Source: Camelus ferus
Taxonomy: Eukaryota
NCBI RefSeq assembly: GCF_009834535.1
Contig: NC_045700.1
Location: forward strand, 60,326,001 to 60,390,000
Length of the DNA: 64,000 nt
Direction: 5' to 3'
Position numbers and translations under genes: made by a program. Of this stretch, positions 24,345 through 36,930 are shown piece after piece. Position 1 is the stretch's first letter; every line of letters begins with the position of its first letter. Below the pieces are notes generated by a model, which worked only from the letters and a program-made list of their open reading frames with translations, was not told the DNA's origin and did not search any database.

Positions 24345-24860
24345 GGTAGACAACTGTTGTCTTCCCAACTGGCATAGTTCTCTTTCCCCACTTCCCTGCT
24401 GGCCCAGATGATAGTCAACTACGACGTCTCAAAATGTCACATGTAGTTTTCTTAAGTTTCCTTAAATTTGCCCATGACATGTAGGTCATGGGCATGTGAC
24501 CCAATTCTAGCAGAAGGGACCCAAAGGAAAGTCTGCTAGGGAGCGTCTGGAGAAGGTTTTCTCTCCTGTTATAAAAAGATACATGAAAGGAAACTGCATT
24601 TATAGTATGTGATACCTAAACTACAGCTACACTTCACATCCAAGAGGTTTAAGTAAACCTAAGTTTCAAGACAGTACTCTGAGGATGGAGAGCTGAAATA
24701 CAGAAAGACCAGAATCCTTCATAATATTACTGAGCTGTTGTTGAACCAATCCTGAAAGCAACCAGACTTTGGACTTCTTGTATGAGGAGATAATTATACT
24801 ACTTTTGATAAGCCATTTAAGTTGAATATTCTATTACTCGTAGCCAAAAGAATGCCAAAA
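24345..24860 (+). mobile_element. Old MaLR LTR (MLT1J/K-like)
   Basis: gggcatgtgacccaattc...gtttaagccatttaagttgaatattctattactcgtagccaaa. Confidence 0.65.
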
Positions 24861-27339
24861 AATCACCATATTAACTGATAGGAAGTCTCATGATTATATG
24901 CAATGTAGAGCTATATCTCTATAAAATAATATTTACCTAAAATTCCAATTGCATTTATTTGAATGGTGTCTACTATATCCTCCTACTGAAGAGAAAGCAA
25001 ACCTCTCTAATAATTTTTCTGATTTTTCTCTAAAAATCACTTTTAAATAGATTCAGATTCTAATGACACTTTTCCCCCTTAAATATAACATTGATAATGA
25101 GACTGGAGCTCTTGGTAGAGTGGTTTTTGCTTATTTATTTGTTTGAGTTTGGTTCTGTTTCTCCTTTGGGATGGGTCTGAAGAAGAGTTTCTACAAAGCC
25201 AAATAGAGCTCAGAGTTAAAGTATACTGACATTTGGAATTTTAAAAAAATTAAGATACTGTATAATTGTGTAGGCACACATCCAACAATGCAAACTACAA
25301 ATTACTAATGATGAGTAGTTTTTCAAATGTGCTCTACTGTTACAGCTTGATTCGTTTCAGGTACACAAAGAGAAGTCTTCCTTGCTTTTCTCACAATCTA
25401 ACATATGTTTCTAAAAAGAAAGCCTCCTCTGGTAAGTGAGTACCAACAAGCAGGTGGGTAATTTATAAGCCTCCACATACACACAATTCAGAATAACAGA
25501 GTTCCCTGATTTCTTGTAGCAAGGTTAGAATAGAGTCCTAATCTATGGTGGATAATTTGGATGTAGAGACTGGCTTTAAGAAGAAAATAAACAAGCACTC
25601 TACTTTGGCTGATAGCCTAGATAAATTTAATGTGTGAGTGGAGTTACAGAAATGGAATAAGGATTAATGGGGAGAAGGAAACATGAATTTCACATTAAAA
25701 AGATTAGCGAAATCCCAACCTTTATTATGAAGTATCTGTGAGCCTATAAAGATGATTTATAATACTGGAAAAGGTTTAGCTATGCTTTGGCTAATGCTCT
25801 TGGAGGCTCAGAAAACATAATCCAATTTACTAGTGGTGTACCAAAGAGACATACTTTCAAATAATTGCGATTTTAAACTGTAGCCTTCATGGAGCCATTG
25901 GCATCTAACCACAACATAAGGATTAACAGAAATTGTTAAATTGCCGCATTATTAACCCACGATAGTTTTGTGTTGCGTATTCCACAGCACGAGGCATAAA
26001 AAGCCAACTTTGTAAAAGAATTGTTGCAGCTGATGCACACCTTCCCTCGGCTGAGTCACCAGACCGAGGGAGAAACAGAAACAAGCTGGAAGTCACGAAG
26101 CCGTCTCCCCTCTCACTAAGCTTTTTGAGTCATCCAGTCGTCCTTCTCTGGGAAAACAAAGCTGAGGCAATCACACAGGACTTTTGTTTTTGAAAGCACA
26201 TCCTTCCTCTTTGGCATTTGTTTTTGCAAAACTCACTAGAAGATTCAGAAGCATTTTAGTTCAGGATTAATTGTAGGACCAAACTACAGGAATATGGAAG
26301 ATGTATTTATCTGTCTTACATCTCAGGCAGCCTTATTTATCTCTCAAGAAATAAAAGAACATGTTTCTTGAGGATTTTTATGTTGTGAAGTATGCCTCAG
26401 AATGAAGTGAGCTCCAGAAATTTGACTTACATCGGCTTTACTTTGGCCCAATCATCAGCCTATGAATGTTTTTCTGCTACAGGCCATTCCAATTGTGTAT
26501 TCCATCCTGACAGCCAGTTTGACAATTTATGTACTAAAGTGGCATCGAACCAGAGTCAAGCAATTCTCTTCTAGCCCCATTACTGGTATGATGGACTATT
26601 CAGTATTCAACCTAACACAGACTTCAGTAAACAGCTTCTGAAAACTAGAAACCTACCGTAGCGGCAGCTCATTTTCATGGCTGATTTAAGCAGAGATACT
26701 GCTTCACAACCAAAAAAATCTTGGTCAGTTGATCAGCTTAAAGAAAATTTTGATATTTCTGAGCTTCAACCATCCATCTGACAGTAAGAGAATGGGTGCT
26801 GTTTTTGGAAGAGGCTTATGATATTTCTGTTCAGATTTACCAAAAAAGCTCAACCCATTCATCAGTATGACTCAAAGTAATGGTCTGTCTTTGAGGTAAG
26901 AACATAAGATAAAATACGTTAAATACAAAATAATAGCATCAAGTCATTCAAATAAATATTGAATGCCTTCCATTTGGGGCATTGTTCTAAACACTAGAGA
27001 TACATCTGTGAACAAGAAAGATACAGTCTTAGATTTGTTTTAAAATAAATGAGTGTGTGTGTGTGGTGGGAGGGTAATTTGGGAGGTTAAAAGATTAAAC
27101 AGAAAGGTCTTGGTTTGATGATTCATACAGGGGTGGTGGGTGGTGAATACACGATGGTTTGTTACTCACAATTTTTCTCAGCTTTGAAATATTTTATTAA
27201 AACATTTTTAAAGAATAAGGAGCATAGATGTCCCGAAATAAAAAGACAAAAGAAATGTACCATTTCTTCCGTCATGAGATTTGTAGTCTAGCAGGGAGGG
27301 AAGAGAGACATTTTCCAAGTACTTAAAGGTATTAAGAAA

Positions 27340-28150
27340 GAATTAAACTCAATAGCATTAGTCATCAAGAAAAAGCAAATTAAAATCACAGTGAATACTA
27401 CTAAAATACCCCCTTGAATGGCTAAAGTTAGTAACTGAAAATGCTAAGTTTTGGTAAGGACATGAAACAAATGTTAACACTTAAACACCTCAAATGAAAC
27501 TGTGAAATTGTACAACACTTTCAGAAACCATTTGGCAGTTTATTTAAAAAGTTAAATATATACTTACCATATGACCCAGGCATTCCATTCCTAGATAATT
27601 ACCCAAGAAAATGAAAATATGTCAACACAAAGTCTTGTATATGAATGTGCATAGTACCTATTTATAAGAGCCAAAAGCTGGAAACAACTCAATTTGGTAA
27701 TTTATAATAGTCAAAAACTGGGGGAAAAAATATATAGAATGTTTATCAATTCTTGAATGGATTAAACCAATTGTGGTATATCCATACAGTGGAATTCTAC
27801 TCATCAATAAAAAAGGAATGGGCTACTGACGTGCTTTCTGTCTGTGAAGCTCAAAAGCACTGTGATAAGTGAAAGGAGGCAGTCAGGAAATACTGCATGC
27901 TGTATGATTCCATTTATATGAAACACCAGAAAAGGGAAACCAGTAACGATAGAAAACAGACCAGTGATTGTTTGAGGGTAGAGGGAATTAATTGCAAATG
28001 GGCCTAAAGGACCTTTTCAGGGTAATAAAAATGTTTTATTTCATGATTGTGGTGGTGGATATGCCTTTGTATAATTTTCTCAGAACTCAAACTGTACACT
28101 GAAAATTGATGAGCTCTGTTGCATATGAATTATGCATCAGTAAAGCTGAC
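27340..28150 (+). mobile_element. Old L1 3' region (L1ME-like)
   Basis: cattagtcatcaagaaaaagcaaattaaaatcacagtga...ccatatgacccaggcattccattcctag...tgtatgattccatttatatgaa. Confidence 0.85.
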
Positions 28151-28426
28151 CAAAAAAAACCCTTCACATAATAAAGGAATCACAGGGTGCTGTCACGAAC
28201 ATGAAACAGGGGACCTAACCCGAGGGTTAAGCAGTGGCCTCCCTAAGGAAGTGATATTTGGGATGTTTAGATTAAGACCTAAAGGATAAATAAGAGTTAG
28301 CAAAATAAAAATAAGATGAAAAATATTTCCCAGTTGGGAAAAAAAGCATATGCTAAGTATTTTGCTGGAGTGAGTCCATTCTAGTTAAAACAAGAATTTA
28401 ACTAGAGGATTCTGTTAATAGGAGAG

Positions 28427-28884
28427 TGTTCCGGGCTATGTTATGTGTAACCCCCAAAACGTATATGTTGAAATCCCAGCTCCCAGTAGCTGAGAATGGA
28501 AAGGTACTTGGAGATAGGGTCTGTAAGGAGGTAATAAGTTTAAATGAGGTCATATGGGTGCACTCTAGTCCCTGTGACTGTGTTTGGAGATAGCGCCTTC
28601 AGAGAGTGATTAAATTACACTGAGGACAATAAGATGGGGCCTGAATTCAGTATGACTGCGGTTCTTAGAAGAAGAGAGACACCAGGGATGCCGAAACAGA
28701 AAAGGCCATGTGAGGACAGTGAGAAGGCAGACGTCTGCAAGCCAAGGAGAGAGGATAAACCGAACCTTTCAACAATTTAATCTTGCACGTACAGCTTCCA
28801 GAGCTAAGAGAAAATACATTTTTCTTGTTTAAACCACCCACTCTGTGGTATTTGGTTATGGTAGACTTACCTAGCAAACTCACA
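28427..28884 (+). mobile_element. MaLR solo LTR (MLT1A/B-like)
   Basis: TG...CA ends; aggccatgtgaggacagtgagaaggcagacgtctgcaagccaaggagagagg. Confidence 0.88.
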
Positions 28885-30011
28885 GAGTATGAATTTCAGA
28901 GAACACCATGAAAGGATCCAGGAAAGAGGAGAGTTATGGGAGACTGAATCAAGAGAAACATAGATACTAGAGGTGAAACAGACATGACATTAGCATATCT
29001 TTGTTATTCTTTATATTAGGTATTTTGAGGTATAATGTACATAAAATAAAATTCAATAAATTTAAGTGTATAACTTACATGTATTGGGGGGATGTATTAA
29101 ACCACATAACAAGAATCACATATACATACAAATTTTAACATAGTTCAAATTTTCTTAGACCATGAGTGGCCTTCTCTTAAGATACAATGATATAAAGTTA
29201 CTTATCTCAGAGATAAGACAACTGCTGTACTGAATGTGTAGAAGATACAGGTTTCCCCGCTATCCAAAAGTAGAGCGTTCCTATGAAACTCTAAGGATAC
29301 ATTTTGCTAATGGATGCACAAAATACAGAAATTCCCCACTTCTAGGCAGTTTTGCTTTTTGAGGTTTGTTACCCTGGACAACATCAGTCTGAAAATAATT
29401 AAGTGCAGAATTCCAGAAATAATTCATAACTTTTACATTTTATGCTGGTCTGAGTAGCATGAGGAAATTTCGTGTTGTCCTGCTCCATCCCACCCAGGAC
29501 TAGGATGTGAACCACTCCTTTGTCCAGCAAACCCCGTCTGTTAGTCACTTACATAGTAGGTATCAGGCTTATCAGATCGACTGTCGTGGTATCACGGTGC
29601 TTGTGTTCAAGCCACCTTTATTTTACTTAATAATGGCCCCAAAGCATAAGAGTAGTGATGCTGACAATTCTGCTATGTCACAGAGAAGCTGCAAAGTGCT
29701 TCCTTTAAATGAAAAGGTGAAAGTTCTCGATTTAATAAGGAAAGAAACAAAAAACATGCTGAGGTTACTAAGATCTTTGGTAAGAATGAATCTACTATAA
29801 GTGAAATTGGGGAGAAGCAAAAATAAATTTGTGCTAGTTTTGCTGTTGCACCTCAAGCTGCAAAATTTGCAGCCACAGTGCATGATCAGTGCTTAGTTAA
29901 GAGGGAAAAGGCATTACATCTGTACAATAAGATACTTTGAAAGAGACCACATTCACATTTTTTAATTTATGGAATATCTTTCAGTTCTATTTATCATTAG
30001 CTGTTATTATT

Positions 30012-30587
30012 TTAATATATTTTTATTGAAGTACAGTCAGTTTACAATGTTGTGTCAGTTTCTGGTGTACAGCACAATACTTCAGTCACATAGGAACATA
30101 TGTACATTCATTCTATTCTTCACCATAGGTCACTACAAGATACTGAATATGGTTCCCTGTGCTATATAGTATAAACTTGTTTATCTATTTTATATATATT
30201 AATATCAGCAAATCTTGAACTCCCAATTTATCCCTACCCACTCCCTTCCCCCCCAGTAACCATAAATTTATTTTCTATGTCTGTGAGTCTGTTTCTCTTT
30301 TGTAAATAAGTTCATTTGTCTTTTTTTTTTTTTTAGATTCCACACGAGTGATATTATATGGTATTTTTCTTTCTCTTTCTGCTTACTTCNNNNNNNNNNN
30401 NNNNNNNNNNNNNNNNNNNNNNNNNNNNNNNNNNNNNNNNNNNNNNNNNNNNNNNNNNNNNNNNNNNNNNNNNNNNNNNNNNNNNNNNNNNNNNNNNNNN
30501 NNNNNNNNNNNNNNNNNNNNNNNNNNNNNNNNNNNNNNNNNNNNNNNNNNNNNNNNNNNNNNTTATGAACATTGGGGTGCCTCTGTG
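30012..30587 (-). mobile_element. 5'-truncated L1 inserted in MER44, with a 14-bp TSD
   Basis: TSD tagctgttattatt (29998-30011) / tagctgttgttgtt (30588-30601); sequence is homologous to the L1 at ~53870-54570. Confidence 0.88.
30390..30562. other. Assembly gap (173 N)
   Basis: Read directly from sequence. Confidence 1.
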
Positions 30588-31749
30588 TAGCTGTTGTTGT
30601 TAATCTCTTATGTTGCTTAATTTATAAATTGGTCTTTATTATGGGTATGTATGTATAGGAAAAAAACAGTATCTTTCTGGTTTGGTACCATCCATGGTTT
30701 CAGGAACCCACTGGGGATCTTGGAACACATCCCCCGCAGATAAGGCAGGACCACTGTAAACTGAGATCCAGCCCAGATGCTCACAGACACAGTTCATGGC
30801 TCTAGTAGCTTGATGGCTTGATGCTGAGTCTAGTTCCCGGGGCAGGAGCTTGGTGGTACCTCTCTCCTACTCAGGGTGTGCACTGCCTCTGTAATAGTGA
30901 ATGCTATTTTCGCTTTTTGCCTTTTTTTCGTAAAATGAAAACCCTTTTTGAATTTCTTTTTGTTAGCAAAAACAGGTACCAATATAGGTCTTTTGTAAAA
31001 GCAAAGTTGTGTAAAGTGAACTTTCTAAGAGTGAGGGGTGCTTGTATTTAAATGGCTGGTACGGAGAAGGGAGCAGAATGACTTTTCTTGAAAGTTACCA
31101 TGTGTTCATGCTCTGACATAGTCCTTGCCCTAACTCTTCAAGGAAGTTAGCTAATCCAAAACTAAGTAGCTCACCAGAAGATTCTAGGAAAGTGACTAGA
31201 GATAGGCTTGCCCCTAGTCTGTCTGAATCTTTGCCCTGCACATGACCAAAACAAGTCCTGCTCAGTGTCCCTGAAAGAGTAGTGAGCAGACAGAAAAACT
31301 TACCATTTGACAGTAAGAAAAAACTATCAAGTTGGTAAAGTATAAGAAATATATTTACAGAAGATGGCTGTAGAATTTCTATCCTTGGGAATCTTTGAAA
31401 AACATAATTGGGAATTCTGTCTGTTGAATCTAGGAATTGGAAATTGAGAAATGGGAGTCATCATTAATTAATTTTTTAGTCATTTACCTATTCAGCCATA
31501 AACAGGTACTGAATAGCTATAATTTGCTAAACACTAGAGAAACAAAGGTGAAAAACATATTTATTTGACTTCGTAGAACTCACAGGTTAGTTGCAAGGAG
31601 AAATGAACCAGATTAATATTCAGAGCCTGTGTAACAAGTGCGATGAGGCGGGTGCGGTGAGGCAGGCTGGAGGGATGTTTTGCCAAGACTGAAGGCGAGA
31701 GAGTAAAGGGGTCAAGAAGCAAAACACAACCAGTTGAGCTGGTTTCATG

Positions 31750-32094
31750 CAGCAATTATACATGTGCACATACAGGCTGTAAAACAGAAATTGTGTGATT
31801 CTGGTAATTCTACATTTGAATTAACACTTATTTTTACATTTAAAATTGGCATTCCACTATATAACCATGAACAGAAAAATTTATTTTAATAATTTAAGAT
31901 TTTAATTTATCTTTATTTAGAATGACATTAAATAGCACATAAAAATACTGTGACAAGTTGAAAGACACAGCACAGAAGAAAGGGAAAATGTTTATATTCC
32001 ATTACCTTGAATGGCACTATTTTCCCTGCTTTTTGAACCAGAGACCCTACATTTTCATTTTGTAATGGGTCCCACAAATTATATAGCCCTGTCT
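31750..32094 (+). mobile_element. hAT-Tip100 fragment (MER45B-like 3' part)
   Basis: gctttttgaaccagagaccctacattttcattttgtaatgggtcccacaaattatatagccctgtctg resembles the MER45 3' terminus. Confidence 0.7.
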
Positions 32095-33454
32095 GGACTT
32101 GACCCTGAAGGGCAATGGGGAGCATGAGGAATCCTGGAAAGACTTTAGAAGGAAATTGACATGAGCAGATTTGCAAGTTAGAAACTTGCCCTGGGAACAG
32201 GGTGATGCATGGATTTGGGGGACAAATGCATCGGAGACAAGGAATCCAATTAGAATAATGGCAATAGAGATGTAGTGAAAAGGATTGATAGAAGGGAATA
32301 GATTTTAAGATATTAAAAGAATTGCCAAGACCTGTCGACATGCCTTTTGTTACCTATGCTATATTGTGATTAAAAGTCTGTATGCCCTCCAAGTAATTCT
32401 ATCTTTTAGTCAATGTTTCCCAAGCTTTTGTCATATGTGAACTACCTGTTGGTTTGACTCCCACAAAGACCACAAATTTTAGGTTAACTTAAAGATTTAC
32501 CACAATTTTTAAATGATAAAATAAAATACAGTCTCTTGAAATTTAAAATAACAACATTTTATTTATATCAGTGTGAGGATAATATTATTTATGACTTTTC
32601 CCTAAAGTAATGATAATCCATCTGGCTCAATGATTGGTCAACATTAGATCAGACTCCACACTGAGGTTTTTTTCCTTCTTTCCTTTCTCTTTATCCTAAA
32701 TTAGAAAATGCTTACCCAAAGTGTAAATCAAAATTAAGGTGACTATTGATCAATTTTCCAGCGTATCCCTGTTGTCCAAGTACAGCTTTTAATAGCATCC
32801 CTTTCACTTTCAACTATTTAGCTTGGACACAAATTCTCACCCCAGCCATCAAATATGGCAGCAAATGTTAGGAGAGTCTGTTCCATTAGTTTTGGGTATC
32901 TGAATCAAACACAAGTCCTATGATTATAGAGAGATTTCTAATTGAAAAATATTTTCTGTTCTCCTTTAGAGACTAAGTCAGTGAGCATATCATATGCAAA
33001 AGCTGAAGGTTCAAATGTTTTAACATGAGATGAAGGCAAATGGATTATCCATCTGTCTTTGTTTGTTTTCTGATCCAAAGAGTATTTCTTCCTGTTGTGT
33101 TACAGGATTTGAGTATAGTCTTTCAGTATGAAAACAGACTGATGTGGAAGAGGTTTCTTTTAGTCACCCAACATCCGTGTTCTTTTCCTTTAGTAATAGA
33201 ACACTTGAATTTTAACTGGGCGATACTATCATAATAAGGACTACATTTCCCAGGCCCTCTTGCTGCTTGGTAGGGCCACGTGACCAAGTTCTAACCAGTG
33301 GGATGTAAGCAGAAATGATGCATGTAACTTCCTGGAAGGATAATGAAGGGAGGATAACACATACTGTACTTCTAAACCCTCCTCCCTTCTTTTGAGCAAA
33401 TTTAACACACCTAAATAACACTACTCAAATACAGTGATGTTAATTAGCATACAG

Positions 33455-33655
33455 CAGGGGTTGAAATGCCTTTTCTTAAGGAGCCACAGAGTAAATATTT
33501 TAGGCTTCTAGGGCCACAGCATCTCCCTCACAACTACTCAACTCTGCCCCTGCCGCCCCAAAGCAGCAGCCATAGACAATATGTGTGTGAATGGGTTCCA
33601 ATAAAACTTTATTTACAAAATGGCCAGGCCAACAGCCACAATTCACCAACCCCTG
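33455..33655. mobile_element. MER58A-like hAT-Charlie MITE
   Basis: Perfect 9-bp TIR caggggttg/caacccctg; internal gtaaatattttaggc...caactactcaactctgcc. A partial related copy lies at ~48925-49025. Confidence 0.88.
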
Positions 33656-34545
33656 GCCTTGATCAGTGTTCTCAAGCTTGCTGTATGTTAGAACTGACTG
33701 GGGAAATTTTAAATGCAACAATGTTCAAGGCCTGCTCCCTAAGTTCCTGATTTAATCATTCTGGGGTTAAGCCCAAGTATTTGTTAAAAGGTCTCACCGT
33801 AATTCTCATGTGATGCCTTGCCTTTTAACCAATACCAATGTTGGACACTTCTTAAGAAACATTTAATGTCCTGGATGGTTTCTTTTTTCATTTTTATGTG
33901 TTTTTAATACCCCTATCCATCTTTTCCCAGAAAAGATTTATGACAGAATGTTTCGTTTAGTTAGACTTTTAGCGGCCTACAGGCTCTGGATGCTAACAAG
34001 ATAATTTGGCAATAAAATCCAGCCTGATGCAATTAAATCATGACCTGTAACAAACTAACTGTGCCTTAATTGTGAGGTAATTGGAATTCATTTTTTAAGA
34101 AATATAATGTAGGGAACAACATTTTCTTTTGGCCACCTGGTCAAACATTTAGAAAAATAAAATTTAAAGTATCTAAGTTCTTCAGTGTGTTACAGTGTTG
34201 GGGAGGGGGATGGAGTTAACCAATTATTTTCAGTTTGGGGCATATTCTCTCTTATGTGATTCCAGTGTACCAGTTTTGGTTATTTTTGATAGTAACTCTG
34301 AAAAGAGTTGTATAATCCAGAAATTGTGTGGTATCAAAGTTACACCGTAAATAAGAGTGTTTCTGGTGTAACTCCAGAAATGTATTAGTGTATATACCTA
34401 TGCCCTGTAAAGATTCAGTCTACATTAAAGATGTGGTATGTCTCAAGTACTAAATAAACCTGATGAGAAAATGAATGGCAATAAGATAGCAATAATTCAT
34501 AAATTCATTTTCCAAATAGAAGCTGACCCCTTGAAGGGCTATCCA

Positions 34546-34634
34546 TTTTTTTTTTCAATGGAGTTGCTGGGGATTGAACCCAGGACCTCGTGCTTACTAA
34601 GTTTGTGCTCTACCGCTAAGCTATACCCTACCCA
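34546..34634 (-). mobile_element. tRNA-derived camelid SINE (short form)
   Basis: Reverse complement reads gggtagggtatagcttagcggtagagc...gtcctgggttcaatccccagc followed by poly(A). Confidence 0.85.
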
Positions 34635-34849
34635 CCAAAGGGCTGTTATTTTAAATCAATTTTGAGATAATTATTTAAAGTATCTTATGCAATTTTCTGC
34701 CTTCTAGAACAGATCTGAATGTTTTTTATGACTCAGGACCATCACTGTGGGCCTGGGTCATCATACTGGGCCAGAACACACTGACATCTTTCCAGGCCTT
34801 AGAAAAATGAGCATGAGTGAGGATTCTGGGGCAAGATCCCCAGCCTTGA

Positions 34850-35050
34850 AACTTGGCCCCGCTCCCCTCACTCAGCCATATAACCTTGCACACTAGGGCC
34901 TTAGTGTTCTCATCCACAAAATGAGAATAATAATAGCACAGCTTCTCCTAGTTGTTGTGAGGCTGAAACGAATTCACACATGTAAAGGGCTTGAGGAGAG
35001 CCTGGCTTGGAGACGCGCCCAGTAAATGTAAGTTAACGTTAGTGTTATTC
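34850..35050 (+). mobile_element. MIR SINE (others at ~9700-9830, ~55690-55815, ~61080-61210, ~62660-62820)
   Basis: gttctcatccacaaaatgagaataataatagcac...gttgttgtgagg. Confidence 0.7.
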
Positions 35051-35263
35051 TTGAGGTGTTTGTTTGTTTGCAAAATAATCCCACAGTCTTTCTTTTGACT
35101 TTGTATTTGTTTTATGGATGTACATTTTCTTTCTGCCCCTTTAATTTGGGGATGCTGAGGTCGTATCTAGGGTATCAAGGGAGCGAGACTATTGGCCAGC
35201 CCTTTAGAGCAGATGAGGCAGGAGGGGAAGAGAAATAACACCTACATCATCTAGCACTGGACC

Positions 35264-35281
35264 TGCCACTAGAGGGCAGTA
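35264..35281 (+). promoter_or_regulatory. Consensus CTCF motif
   Basis: TGCCACTAGAGGGCAGTA; the core CCACTAGAGGGCAG (35266-35279) fits CCASYAGRKGGCRS with no mismatch. Confidence 0.65.
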
Positions 35282-36519
35282 AGTACACTCAGACAGTGGA
35301 CAGTGCCTGCAACAGGGGTTCAGCCAGAGAGGCAAACGTCGGGTCAGATTTGGTCACCCCCTCAATTCTTCAGCTGTGTCCTGGACAGTCAGCAATAGAG
35401 TTTTGCAATGAAAGATCAGGACCTCCTAACATGAGGACAGCCTGACTTTGGGGCTTGGATTAGGGACACTTAGTAGTTCGGCAGTTGGGAGCGGGCATTG
35501 TAAATGTCTGTCACAGGATAAAACAGCCCTACTAATGAAACAAGGATTCATGGGCTGGGATATCCCCTAGGAGGGCAGAACCCCAGTCCAGAAGGGATCT
35601 GAACATGAGGAGTCAACATAACACCCTGAACACAAGGACCTGGACTGAAGCCCCGTTAGAGGCGTTAGGAGGATTGAGGTGCTCAGGAATGAGAGGGCCA
35701 AAAGAACTTCACTAGAGCAGGGACACAACTTCAGATCCACACCAAAGGTAACCCAGTGCTGAGCCGCAGAAAGGGGTTTTTCCAATGTTAAGTTTCTATT
35801 GACCTTGGGAACTGGACACGAAGATGAGTCTGTACATTTGGCCCCAGGGTTTCATATGGTGAAGACTGGAACATGGAAAATGGGAGAAAGATGCTAGGGT
35901 TTGGAAGCCATTCAGGCTTAACAACTGAGTTATTTCTTATTGCTGCCGGTGAACTTCCTTCTAGCAGTGACTCCCACCCCTGTCCCCACCAACCTACTAA
36001 GCCACTTAAAATTTACTATCAGCCAAAATACCACAAACTGCATTTATCCTAACTGCATGTAAAGTAAGAGAGAGGAAACTCTTGGGTCAAGCCAGGAATG
36101 GCCCTCTTATGAGGAAGAAAATAAACATTAATATCTAGACTTTCTATTATTTTGGCTGTTCTGAAATCTTTTCAGTTTTCTTCAGTGCTGTGGCATGTGT
36201 TTGAGATAACCAGTTAAGTGTCAACAAAATAAATGAGATATTGACATTATTTCAACTGGTTCACTGCTTTCTATTCAACAATCTCACAAAAATGATTCCA
36301 CCTCTTTCCATTCCCCTTTCCAATGTCAGTATTCTGTCTTTTTTTAGGCGCAATCCAAAGGTCTGATCCTCCTGACCCAGCTGAATGGGTCCCCCTGCAG
36401 AGCTCAGCACTGATCTGAATCAGGCCCCTTAGTTCCCAGCTCTGCCATGGAGTCCCCGTCTGTAGTGCTAATGACTGCCTGAAATCTGGGTCACCATGTA
36501 CCCTAGAAGCTTACACGGC

Positions 36520-36930
36520 CACAGTGGTGGTTTAAATATATCCACAGACTCTTTGCTGCTTCTCCTATGGAGAGGCATAGTCTAATTCCTCTCTTCTTAA
36601 ATCCTCGCTGGTCTTAGAGATTGATTTCAGCGATGGAATGTTGCAGAAGTGACTTTTAAATTCCTAAGGTGAGGATACAGGAAATGTTGCACTCACTCTT
36701 AGAGTTCTCCGCTGGTATGTAAAAACTCTGACCTCCCCAAGTGGCCTCAGGGCTGCAGACACTATGTAAAAAGACCATGTGGAGTGGCCCCAAGACTGCA
36801 TGAAGACAGAGCCATGTGAGAACCCCTGCGAGGTCCTGCCCAATTCACAGATTTCTGAGCATAATAATATGGTTGCTATTTTGCAGCTCAAGTTTTGGTG
36901 GTGCTTGTTACCCAGCAACAGTTAACCAGA
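36520..36930 (+). mobile_element. MaLR LTR (MLT1F/H-like)
   Basis: cccaattcacagatttctgagcataataatatggttgctattttgcagctcaagttttggtggtgcttgttacccagcaacagttaaccagaac. Confidence 0.75.

Larger units (their letters stand above)
29326..30756 (+). mobile_element. Tigger7-derived element (MER44C/D-like) with a frameshifted transposase N-terminus
   Basis: TA TSDs at 29324-25 and 30757-58. ATG at 29633 gives MAPKHKSSDADNSAMSQRSCKVLPLNEKVKVLDLIRKE, a Tigger/pogo HTH start. The 3' end ggataaggcaggaccactg is TIR-like. Confidence 0.85.
29248..31044 (+). mobile_element. Tigger-family MITE (MER82-like), split by nested insertions
   Basis: Flanked by TA at 29246-47 and 31045-46. The halves 29248-29325 and 30759-31044 rejoin as gcacaaaata|aactgag; termini are imperfectly inverted. 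Confidence 0.7.

Noticed and set aside
29507-29800. Transposase-like ORF as a functional or domesticated gene
   Set aside because: It covers only the N-terminal HTH, frameshifts after ~40 codons, and the element lacks the DDE domain.
31928-32341. Longest ORF in the track (137 aa, minus strand)
   Set aside because: It overlaps MER45B-like and other repeat-like sequence, has no recognisable domain and no splice or promoter context.
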